Positions 1-8,623 of a stretch of DNA of 52,510 bases are shown here, one piece after another. The position numbers and the translations under genes were made by a program. The notes beneath the pieces were generated by a model that worked only from the letters and a program-made list of their open reading frames with translations, did no database searches and was not told the DNA's origin. Every line of letters starts with the position of its first letter. Position 1 is the stretch's first letter. Location of the stretch: positions 1 to 52,510 of the forward strand of contig JACPYG010000006.1 of assembly GCA_016196125.1 (NCBI GenBank), read 5' to 3'. The DNA comes from Candidatus Staskawiczbacteria bacterium. GTDB lineage: Bacteria; Patescibacteriota; Minisyncoccia; Minisyncoccales; Staskawiczbacteraceae.

Positions 1-3000
1 ACCCTCTATTGTAGCAATATCCTGCGAATCTGCAAATATGTGCTTTGTAATTTTTGGAGTCGCGGCGGCGCTGTCTGCATTATAGAATTTGGTCGGATAA
101 AAAGTGGTTGTGGCGCCGTTGGAATATTTTATTCTCTGGCCTGAAGGATCATAGCCATAAGTAATTATGGCTGAACCAGCAGGAATGGCAGTATTATAAA
201 TAGAACTTTTAACTAAGCGATTATTATAATCAAAAGTATGGCTTTTTTTATAATCTCGCTGTGAACCTACCGAGTAAATTTCTGTTGTCATATTGCCATT
301 GTTGTCGTAAGTAAAATTTGTTGTACTGGCGCCATTGCTAATACTGGTAAGCGCATGAGGATTTGCATAATTATTTCCAGTATTGCCGGCATATGAATAT
401 GCATAAACTATTGTTGGGTTCGCGCCAATGGTTTCATTTTTAGTTAATATGTTGCCAATGGCGTCATAACTGAAAGTTTGGGAATAAGCGCTTTGACCTG
501 CGGCAACATTGGTTATATTGGCAGAAATTAAACGATAAAGGTCATCGTAAACATATTGAGAAGTTTTGGAGGCGATGTTGTCTGACGCATCAACTATTTT
601 GACAATGTTTCCAATAGCATCGTAGATATAGCTTAAATTCTGGCCATTTATTCCGCCTGCAACAGCAGTAATTTTATTGTTTAGTCTGTAAAGTTTTGCG
701 GCGTCATAATTATTTGAAGTGACAACTCCGTTGGCATAAGAAATAACAGTTGCCTCCGCAGTCGGCGAATAGTCAATGTTATTTACCACATCAATAAAAT
801 TGACATCTGCCCTTTCTTTTCTTTGAATTTTATCAATCAGCCCTGCGGAATTATAAATATTTTTGACCTGTGAATTATCGGGATTGGCGATGGTAATTTG
901 ATTGCCCTGCCTATCATAATCGTAAGCGGTTAAATAACCTCCAACTACAGCGCTCATAATCTTTGACTCGGTTTTAAGAAATCCCAAAGCGTTATAGGTG
1001 TTATTTTGAATCAGATTTGAAGATGAAAAACCGGTAAGACGGCCTTTGCCGTCTGCTCCTCTATCATAAGTATTTACGACATCAATACCAATGCTTCCGG
1101 TATAATCTTCGGTCAATTGCCGGTTTATATTGTCGTAGGTATAATTAACAGTTTGATTATTTGGACTAATTTTTTGAGTCAGATTTCCGGCATCATCGTA
1201 GCCATATTTCCAAACGCCAAAAGTTGCATCAAATGGAGCATGCAGGTCTTCTGCGGTTAATCTTTGGCCAAGTCCGTCATAAGTAAAACTGCGGATATTG
1301 CCCAAAGCATCTGTAATCTTTGTGATGTTTCCCAAATAATTATAATTATAAAAAGTGGAATATATATTACCCGAATTGTGCTCGTCAACCTGAATAAGAT
1401 TTCCATAAGCGTCTTTATATAAGTATTTAATTTTGTTATTTACGTCGTAAATTATAAGCTTCCAATCTTGGTAATAATTAGTGACAGCGCCAACCGAATT
1501 AGTAGACTTATATATACGACCTATAGGATCATAAATATAATTTGTGTAAAGATTGTAGTCACCGGTTGGCGAAGTTCTGATTTGACCTGTGGAAAAATAA
1601 GGCAAAGATTCTTTTTCTAAAAGCCCGAGACTATTATAAACATAATCTTTTACTGTAAAATTTGAATCTTCAGCCTCCGCCCTTTCCTGGATTTTTCTGC
1701 CCAAAAAGTCAAAGTAAACATAACTGTCAACAATATTTGAGCCGTCTAAATAATCTGATTTTTTAACGCTTACGGCGTTTGGAGTATCTGTGTAAACATA
1801 AGTTGTTTTGGCGACTAAAGTTGACGGCGTTATTAAATCCGGCTGTTTTTCTTCTGTTAATCTGCCTAAACCATCGTAAACATATTGAAATACCCTTGTG
1901 TTGGGGTCGATTTTTTGGGTAATTTGCCCGGATGAATAATCATACTTATATTGGGAAACATGGTTTAAAGCATTGGTTACTGCGGCTGGATAAAGATTAT
2001 AAGCGTCATAGGAATATTGAGTAATTTTACCCCGAGGATCAGTTGATGACTGCATCAAGCCATAGCTGTTATAAGTTTTTTGGTTATTAATATAGGTGGC
2101 GCCGCTTTTCCAATCCTCTTGCTTGGTAAGGTTTCCCTTAGACAAAATTCCGAGCGGCAAAGAATCATAATGATATAATCTTTCTTTAACTTTGTTTCCG
2201 TTTTGATCAAATGTAGCGGCGCCTGATACTTGATACTTAATGCTAAATGCTTCGTTTGCATAAGTGTAATTTGTGGTAAATTTATCTTGTCCGATATCTG
2301 AAAAAGTTCCATTGTCTTGCCCAGCCACTTCGCCCCATTGGATTTTTTGAGTCAAGTTTCCATTACTATTATCATATATATAACTTTCAGCTGTATCTCT
2401 GTGAGTAGCATTGCCGTCAAAAGTATAATTTACCGATTGAACCAACTTTACAAATTTACTGCCAGAGGCCAAATCATAACTATCCCATTTATTTACAACT
2501 GCTTGGTAGAGATTGCCGGCGCTGTCATATTTTTCAATTCTGTAGGGCTTGCCTATTTTAAAATAATTATCCTGGAATTCTCCGCGGGCAGAATCGCTTT
2601 CGTTGGCCGTATGATAATAAGTTTTAGTAATATTACCGGCCAGATCAGTTTCTGCGACCAAATCATAACCGGCAAATTTTCTGTCTGTCGGATTATTATA
2701 ATAATAATGTCCGCCTGTATATTGATAAGACGAGCTTATATCATTTTCCAATCCGTCATTGGTAATAATTTTGTTTACGGTGAATATTAAATAAGGAGAT
2801 TTATTAGCCGGATTTCCAAGTCCATCTGTATATTGAGCCGTTGTTTTGTAATTAACAGTCGTATTGCCGCCCTGCGGATAAGTTATTTGGCTTAATAAAT
2901 CTTGCTTTGACCCGGTATTTATATATTCAAAATCCTTATTCACAGCATGGCTGGTTTTTCTTATTTCTACGAGATCCTCTAACCCATCGCCATTAAAATC

Positions 3001-5370
3001 TGTAAATTGTGGCATCGAATTAATGCTTTGCATAGTGTTCCAGGAGACTAATACCCATTTGTCGTTTGTATATCCAAAAAAGATATACGGTAAATTCCAG
3101 CCATTGCCATTATTAATATAACCGATGCGTTGATTGGTATTGTTTAAATAAAAATTTTCAACCAAATCGGGAAATCCGTCATTATTAAAGTCTACAATCT
3201 GGCTTTTTAATATGGAACTATCCTGGGGTTTTGGAAAATTCCACTCAGAGCCGGCCTGCGTCCAGCCAGAACCATTGTTGATATAAATATCGCTATTCTC
3301 GCCCCCTGGATACTCCGGGCCATTTGGAAGAATATCGCCCTTGTGAGAAATAACCATATCGGCAAGACCGTCTCCATTTAAATCGGGAAATTTTAAATCT
3401 ATAACAGTTGAATTTCCGGCATGCCAATTATTTAACCAAAAATTCATTGGCTTAAGATTCCATGAAGAATTAGCCTCTGTCCATCCAGAACCGTTATTTA
3501 TATATACAAATTCTTTAAATTCAAAATATGGAGAAGAATTATCCGGCTCGGCGTCAACTTTGATGATTTGTATAAAATCAGACAAGCCATCACCGTTAAG
3601 GTCTACAAAGTATTTTTGCCATGACCAAGGATTTATGGGATACAATCCTGATGGTATATCTGGCAGTTTCCACGAAGGATTTGCTTGGCTCCACCCATGC
3701 CCGTTATTAATATAAATATGATTAGTAAAAGTATTGTTTAAATCATCGGGCGGATATCCATCAACGCCGACTCTTTCAACTAAATCTGGCAAACCGTCTG
3801 CATTAAGGTCTGGAAAATATACTTCTCCCAAGCCGCAATCACAAACACCAAACTCATCAAAAAAATAACTAGGCAGACCCCACGAAGAACTGCCGGGTAA
3901 TTTCCATTCGTTTAATTGTGGAGTCCAGCCATGGCCGGTATTTAAAAATTCCGCATCTCTTTTATACTGATAAATATCACCCTCTACCCTGAATCTTGCA
4001 ATAAGCGTAACTAGATCTGGCAAGCCATCGGCGTTGAGGTCTGGTGAATATGATTCCAAATTGTTTCCGGCGCTGACCTGAAAATCGCTTGCTGGATTTG
4101 GAAAATTCCAATAAGTATCTGCTGGTATCCAATTAGTAACAGATGAAGATTGATAATCAAAACTTGTCTCGGGTAAAGAAATAATATTTCCGATATTATT
4201 CTTGCCAGACATTGTTATTGATTTTAACAAAGACCTGTTTGTGTCTTGGCTTTTTTCGTAGGATAAAATATATTTTCTCACCCAATCGTTATTTGCCCTT
4301 ACATTAATTTCATTGATTAAATAGTTGGAATTTACGGCAAATCCTGTAGCGTGTGAAACAGCATTATCTGTTCTTGCGATTCTTTGAAAGCTGACTTTAA
4401 AAATACCCTCTGCAGCGCCATTATTTGTGTATTTTATGGATAAAGGATAAATTTGGCCTGCATCTTTAAAATATAAATAAGAGATATAATTGCCGTTAGT
4501 GTCTCTTACTTCCTGCAACATCCACTTATATGTGTCGCTCGGACTTGCCGAGTTATTTTGCTGAGAGGAAGTATTGTAACCAAATTTATATTCTGCGCCG
4601 TCTTTTGTGGTAACAAGCCACTTATTTTCAGAAAATACGTATTTATTAAAGCTTCCATTTTCGATTTTTGGAACATAAGAAGAACCGGAATAATTTACTA
4701 ATTCCCCATCAAGAGACGAATAAAAGTAATTTGGAAAAGATGGATCATATAACTTATCAGAACCGGACTTATTCAATCTTTGTATATACGGGATATTTAA
4801 AGTCCAGCCATAGCCAAAAACACTTCCTTGAACTGAATCCTGGCTGTTGTACTGTAATTTTAAATCTGGCTGCATTCCATTGCGGCCAGGAGGAACAGTA
4901 ATGGAATAATTATATACTAAAGCTCCGGTTGCGGGATCGAGTTCCGGAATAAGCTGTTTTTGAGAGGTTAATGAATTTGATAAAGAAGATGTGTCGGAAG
5001 GCGATTCACCTATTGCATTAGTTTCGCCTTCCGGAGAAATCTCATTATCTTCTTCATTGATAATATCGGTCAAAATATCTTCTTTAAATTCATCGACGGC
5101 GCTGACCGCATCGTCGGGATTTGATTCTGGAGAAATATCAGGTTCAACATCGGAAAACACTTCATCTTGGCTGTAATTATCAGCGATATCTGATTGCTCA
5201 ACAATATCTGTATCTAAAGAATCTGTAAAAATAGGGTCGCTATCTGAAAAATCGTCAAAGGCAAAAACCGGGGCCAAAGGAGCCGCAAAAAACACAAACA
5301 TCAAAAACACCGCAACTAACTTCAATAGTTGTTCTTTATCTCTTTTATAAGTATTTAATAGTTTCTCCAT
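1..5370 (-). CDS. Large secreted SpvB/TcdB-like + FG-GAP + RHS/YD-repeat protein (3' end outside window)
   Basis: Read by hand; same frame is open at every position spot-checked. ATG at 5370 gives MEKLLNTYKRDKEQLLKLVAVFLMFVFFAAPLAPVFA (signal-like), then an acidic linker, SpvB-like PELDPATGALVYNYSITVPPGRNGMQPDLKLQYNS..FGYGW, DxNxDGxxD repeats (~2970-4050) and YD repeats. It ends ..KITKHIFADSQDIATIEG at the edge. Confidence 0.9.
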   Translation of the reverse strand, partial: MEKLLNTYKRDKEQLLKLVAVFLMFVFFAAPLAPVFAFDDFSDSDPIFTDSLDTDIVEQSDIADNYSQDEVFSDVEPDISPESNPDDAVSAVDEFKEDILTDIINEEDNEISPEGETNAIGESPSDTSSLSNSLTSQKQLIPELDPATGALVYNYSITVPPGRNGMQPDLKLQYNSQDSVQGSVFGYGWTLNIPYIQRLNKSGSDKLYDPSFPNYFYSSLDGELVNYSGSSYVPKIENGSFNKYVFSENKWLVTTKDGAEYKFGYNTSSQQNNSASPSDTYKWMLQEVRDTNGNYISYLYFKDAGQIYPLSIKYTNNGAAEGIFKVSFQRIARTDNAVSHATGFAVNSNYLINEINVRANNDWVRKYILSYEKSQDTNRSLLKSITMSGKNNIGNIISLPETSFDYQSSSVTNWIPADTYWNFPNPASDFQVSAGNNLESYSPDLNADGLPDLVTLIARFRVEGDIYQYKRDAEFLNTGHGWTPQLNEWKLPGSSSWGLPSYFFDEFGVCDCGLGEVYFPDLNADGLPDLVERVGVDGYPPDDLNNTFTNHIYINNGHGWSQANPSWKLPDIPSGLYPINPWSWQKYFVDLNGDGLSDFIQIIKVDAEPDNSSPYFEFKEFVYINNGSGWTEANSSWNLKPMNFWLNNWHAGNSTVIDLKFPDLNGDGLADMVISHKGDILPNGPEYPGGENSDIYINNGSGWTQAGSEWNFPKPQDSSILKSQIVDFNNDGFPDLVENFYLNNTNQRIGYINNGNGWNLPYIFFGYTNDKWVLVSWNTMQSINSMPQFTDFNGDGLEDLVEIRKTSHAVNKDFEYINTGSKQDLLSQITYPQGGNTTVNYKTTAQYTDGLGNPANKSPYLIFTVNKIITNDGLENDISSSYQYTGGHYYYNNPTDRKFAGYDLVAETDLAGNITKTYYHTANESDSARGEFQDNYFKIGKPYRIEKYDSAGNLYQAVVNKWDSYDLASGSKFVKLVQSVNYTFDGNATHRDTAESYIYDNSNGNLTQKIQWGEVAGQDNGTFSDIGQDKFTTNYTYANEAFSIKYQVSGAATFDQNGNKVKERLYHYDSLPLGILSKGNLTKQEDWKSGATYINNQKTYNSYGLMQSSTDPRGKITQYSYDAYNLYPAAVTNALNHVSQYKYDYSSGQITQKIDPNTRVFQYVYDGLGRLTEEKQPDLITPSTLVAKTTYVYTDTPNAVSVKKSDYLDGSNIVDSYVYFDFLGRKIQERAEAEDSNFTVKDYVYNSLGLLEKESLPYFSTGQIRTSPTGDYNLYTNYIYDPIGRIYKSTNSVGAVTNYYQDWKLIIYDVNNKIKYLYKDAYGNLIQVDEHNSGNIYSTFYNYNYLGNITKITDALGNIRSFTYDGLGQRLTAEDLHAPFDATFGVWKYGYDDAGNLTQKISPNNQTVNYTYDNINRQLTEDYTGSIGIDVVNTYDRGADGKGRLTGFSSSNLIQNNTYNALGFLKTESKIMSAVVGGYLTAYDYDRQGNQITIANPDNSQVKNIYNSAGLIDKIQRKERADVNFIDVVNNIDYSPTAEATVISYANGVVTSNNYDAAKLYRLNNKITAVAGGINGQNLSYIYDAIGNIVKIVDASDNIASKTSQYVYDDLYRLISANITNVAAGQSAYSQTFSYDAIGNILTKNETIGANPTIVYAYSYAGNTGNNYANPHALTSISNGASTTNFTYDNNGNMTTEIYSVGSQRDYKKSHTFDYNNRLVKSSIYNTAIPAGSAIITYGYDPSGQRIKYSNGATTTFYPTKFYNADSAAATPKITKHIFADSQDIATIEG

Positions 5371-5597
5371 AATCTAATCTAATTTAATTAGTTTTATCCT
5401 ATTCAAGCTAAAATCTGTTGTCAATAGTTAACAACTAATAAGACTGTTGAAAATCCTAAAAATAGACTTATTTTAGAGTAATTTGTAGTACTGTAATTTT
5501 AATAGTGTTGTTATATATTAACAATATAATAAAAATTATGTCGGTACGTATCAACCAATAATTTGCTTGTTAAACAATTTAGAATTTGGCTTAAGCG

Positions 5598-5636
5598 AAA
5601 AAAAGCCCCGCCCGATGTTTTACCACCGAGAGGGGC
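5598..5636 (-). terminator. Rho-independent terminator
   Basis: Minus strand GCCCCTCTCGGTG-GTAAAA-CATCGGGCGGGGC-TTTTTTT, downstream of the 5659-5745 ORF. Confidence 0.7.
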
Positions 5637-5658
5637 CGCGGCCGATCAAGATTGCGCT

Positions 5659-5745
5659 TTATCGGCAAATTCTGCCGAGAAAAACTCGCTGGCGATCGTA
5701 GAAAATCCAGATCGCCAGAAACACACCCAGATAGACAAGAAACAT
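5659..5745 (-). CDS. 28-aa single-TM microprotein MFLVYLGVFLAIWIFYDRQRVFLGRICR
   Basis: SD GGGAAGGAG 5 nt upstream, promoter-like TTGATG-16-TATGAT, terminator downstream; not in ORF track. Confidence 0.55.
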   Translation of the reverse strand: MFLVYLGVFLAIWIFYDRQRVFLGRICR

Positions 5746-5994
5746 GTCAGCTCCTTCCCATAATTAGAATCTTCTCCAAAGAACAAAACCTCACAAATTC
5801 CATCATACAACAATAAAATATATCATCAACAGCTGACTTTAATAATATATTATGCCTTTCACGCAGGTCTCTCTCTTATTTTCTCTACTAGCTTGTTAAT
5901 TATCTCCTTACAACTTACTATACTTTTTAATTATCTAATGGTACACTTAACTAAAGGTCGTCTTGATAATAATAGCGCTAAAATAAATTACAAT

Positions 5995-6081
5995 ATGGCT
6001 GAAGAAAACAAATGTCCGGCTTGCGGACACGAGCATAAAGAAGAAGACGGAAGTTGCAGCTGTGGTTGTCCAAAGCAATAA
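5995..6081 (+). CDS. 28-aa Cys-rich metal-binding microprotein MAEENKCPACGHEHKEEDGSCSCGCPKQ
   Basis: CPxCG + CxCGC motifs, followed by a terminator; ATG 5995 is a more plausible start than the 5893 call. Confidence 0.65.
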   Translation: MAEENKCPACGHEHKEEDGSCSCGCPKQ

Positions 6082-6102
6082 TAAACTTGTCTCATTTTCT
6101 CT

Positions 6103-6131
6103 AAAATCCGCTCCCATGAGGGGCGGATTTT
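6103..6131 (+). terminator. Rho-independent terminator
   Basis: AAAATCCGCTC-CCATGAG-GGGCGGATTTT. Confidence 0.7.
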
Positions 6132-6170
6132 TATTTTGGCCCATTGCTATATGCTTTTAGAATAATTACA

Positions 6171-6199
6171 AAACCGCCCACTTATTGGATGGGCGGTTT
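6171..6199 (-). terminator. Terminator hairpin
   Basis: AAACCGCCCA..TGGGCGGTTT downstream of 6221-6751. Confidence 0.65.
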
Positions 6200-6220
6200 G
6201 GAATAGACAATATTGGTTAT

Positions 6221-6751
6221 TTAATTATTTGTAAATAATTTTACAAACCAACCGAATAGGCTGAATTTACTCTCATTGGCTTTCAAAAAATCGTTAATTT
6301 TTTGCTGTTCCTGCTTTAATGCTTCAATTTGCGCCTGAAGGATTGTTTTAGTGTCTGTATTCGTCGTTTTATCTAATAATCTATTCAACTGGTTGATTTG
6401 GTTTTCAGTTTTTACCATCTCGCTTCGCAACCGGCCAACATTCTTATAATCCGTTCCGATTAGAAATGTTTTAATGCTATTTCTACTCTGAATTTTATCT
6501 ATTGCATTGGCCACATTGTCTTTACCGTCATTTTGCTCATTAGCAATTACTTTTATTTGTTCGCCTATTTCCCACTTTTCTTTATTAGCCGCATCCAAAA
6601 GGCTTTGAACAAATGTTGCTACGGCACTTTTATGTTCTGCACCGTTGGCTTTTCCGCTGTTTTGAGCTTTGGCAAATGCGACTGAAGAACAAAAGGCAAC
6701 TACAAATACCAAAGAAACCGCAAGCAATTGGCTATTTTTAATTATTTTCAT
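6221..6751 (-). CDS. Secreted coiled-coil hypothetical protein
   Basis: Signal peptide (..VAFA), heptad-rich body, C-terminal FSLFGWFVKLF. Confidence 0.8.
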   Translation of the reverse strand: MKIIKNSQLLAVSLVFVVAFCSSVAFAKAQNSGKANGAEHKSAVATFVQSLLDAANKEKWEIGEQIKVIANEQNDGKDNVANAIDKIQSRNSIKTFLIGTDYKNVGRLRSEMVKTENQINQLNRLLDKTTNTDTKTILQAQIEALKQEQQKINDFLKANESKFSLFGWFVKLFTNN

Positions 6752-6849
6752 ATTTTTATAAGTATGTTATTTTTTATACTCGTCCAGGCCGAAGTTACTT
6801 TAAGCAAATGATTAATATTTATCATAATAATAAATGTTTAATAATAAAT

Positions 6850-8004
6850 TTAATTAATCGCCTTTCCGTCTTGGAAAACCGTCATTCCTTTTTTCTTCAA
6901 TTCTTTGAAAAATTCATCTACAGGAATCGCTTTATCCGGCGTAAAACTTCCCCTTGCCTTAATACGGCCATCTAGAATCATCTGGGCGATGATTGATGCG
7001 GGCAAGCCGGTATCAATATTACACCCCGAATCAGTCCAACCGGGCAGAGTCACAACAATGCACTCCATACGCATTATTCTAATAGACGCCTTTTTATCTT
7101 TTCCCGAAATTTCAACCCAAAGATTTTCTTTTTCGCTATAATTTTCCGGTCTTGGCAGTTTGGTTAAAATTCTCGAAATTGCGTCTACCGGCCTTATTTC
7201 TGTTTTTTCAAAAGTTAATAATTCTTTCTTGCCAAAACCTAACGCAATAATTGTTTTTAAAATATCAAGAGAGTGATCTGGAAAACCGGCATAAAACCTG
7301 ATATTTTTAGGGTGATAATCTTTATAATCTTCACTGAAAGTATAAGTTTCAGGATGTCGCACCAAATAACATTTTTGCGTTCCAATTTCCCTGAATTCCC
7401 TGATTACTTCCGTTTTTTGCGGATTTTTTTCCATCCAAACTCCATTTTCAAGCACTGGCGCCGGATCGGTCAGTTCTTCAATAATGCTTTCAACGGAAAA
7501 TGGAACAGCGAACTTTTTCACATTAGAATCCCAAGCAAATCCAATTTCAATGGTATCGATTTCGCCAAAGAACTTTGACGCATGCATCATCATTATATTA
7601 TTAACTCCAGGAGTTGAACCGCAACCGGTTATGGCTAACAATCCCGCTTTTTTAAAATCCGAATCCATGGAAAGTTGAGCCCTGGTCATTGGTATATCGC
7701 TTCCAAGGTCAATGACATGCCTGCCTTCTTCAAGACAAATTCTATAAACATCGTGATTCCAATCGCCTTCGGCGCAATTAATCACTATTTTAGCCGGGAT
7801 TTTTCGGATAAAATTTTTTACATCTTCATATTTTCTTAGGTCAATAAACTCAAACTGCGTACCGGGATATTGCGCTAAATTTTTTTCCGAATTATCGCGA
7901 TACAAGTCAGCACAATATACTTTATATCCACAATCAAGCAAATCGCGCACAACAATCTGGCCCTGCATGCCGCTTGAACCTATTACCAAAAAATCGTATT
8001 TCAT
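6850..8004 (-). CDS. Saccharopine dehydrogenase-family NAD(P)-dependent oxidoreductase
   Basis: Rossmann GSSGMQG, VIDLG, GCGSTPG, HPE motifs. Confidence 0.8.
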   Translation of the reverse strand: MKYDFLVIGSSGMQGQIVVRDLLDCGYKVYCADLYRDNSEKNLAQYPGTQFEFIDLRKYEDVKNFIRKIPAKIVINCAEGDWNHDVYRICLEEGRHVIDLGSDIPMTRAQLSMDSDFKKAGLLAITGCGSTPGVNNIMMMHASKFFGEIDTIEIGFAWDSNVKKFAVPFSVESIIEELTDPAPVLENGVWMEKNPQKTEVIREFREIGTQKCYLVRHPETYTFSEDYKDYHPKNIRFYAGFPDHSLDILKTIIALGFGKKELLTFEKTEIRPVDAISRILTKLPRPENYSEKENLWVEISGKDKKASIRIMRMECIVVTLPGWTDSGCNIDTGLPASIIAQMILDGRIKARGSFTPDKAIPVDEFFKELKKKGMTVFQDGKAIN

Positions 8005-8191
8005 TTTTAAATTTTATTTTTATTTTTTATTACTATATTATTATCATAATATATTCCAACCATTATGCAAAATAAAAAAGCTCATTTTAGAGCCATTTTA
8101 TTTTCGCATCCGATGATTCAACATTAGAACTTGGTTTATCAACGAGTTTCCGAATGTGTAAACTATTATCTTTTAATAAAAAACAGTGTAA

Positions 8192-8569
8192 TTATTTTAT
8201 ATTTAATCTTTCTTTAACTTTTTTAACGATATCATCAATATCCCAATCAGACTTAACGAGATAATCAACATCCCCATACGAAGCTTCTAATGCATCTGCT
8301 ATATGCTGCATATCACTTAAATTGGTTAAAAATATCATCATCGTACCGAGATTTAATTTTTTTATTTCTTTTGCCATGACTATTCCATCAACTTTTGGCA
8401 ATAAAATATCGATGAGAATTAAGTCAGGCTTTTCTTTTCCTGTTATTGCTAATCCTTCCTCGCCGTCCGAAGCTACAAAAACGTCAAAACCCTCGTTATC
8501 AAATTTATCCTTAAGGGCCGATTGGAGTTGTTGATCGTCTTCTACAATAAGAATTTTTTTGGAATTCAT
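8192..8569 (-). CDS. Single-domain response regulator (CheY-like receiver)
   Basis: IVEDD, DILLP phosphoacceptor, LT, VK motifs. Confidence 0.9.
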   Translation of the reverse strand: MNSKKILIVEDDQQLQSALKDKFDNEGFDVFVASDGEEGLAITGKEKPDLILIDILLPKVDGIVMAKEIKKLNLGTMMIFLTNLSDMQHIADALEASYGDVDYLVKSDWDIDDIVKKVKERLNIK

Positions 8570-8623
8570 ATGTGTTAATATTTTTAATAATATACCTACA
8601 ATGATTATACTATATCTTAAAAA

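Noticed and set aside
2055-5176. Short ORF-track calls 2055-2312, 2317-2790, 4668-4901 and 4991-5176
   Set aside because: Shadow ORFs inside the long RHS gene.
6775-6799. Possible ECF-sigma promoter GTAACTT..CGAGTATA upstream of 6751
   Set aside because: Single instance; cannot be supported from this window alone.
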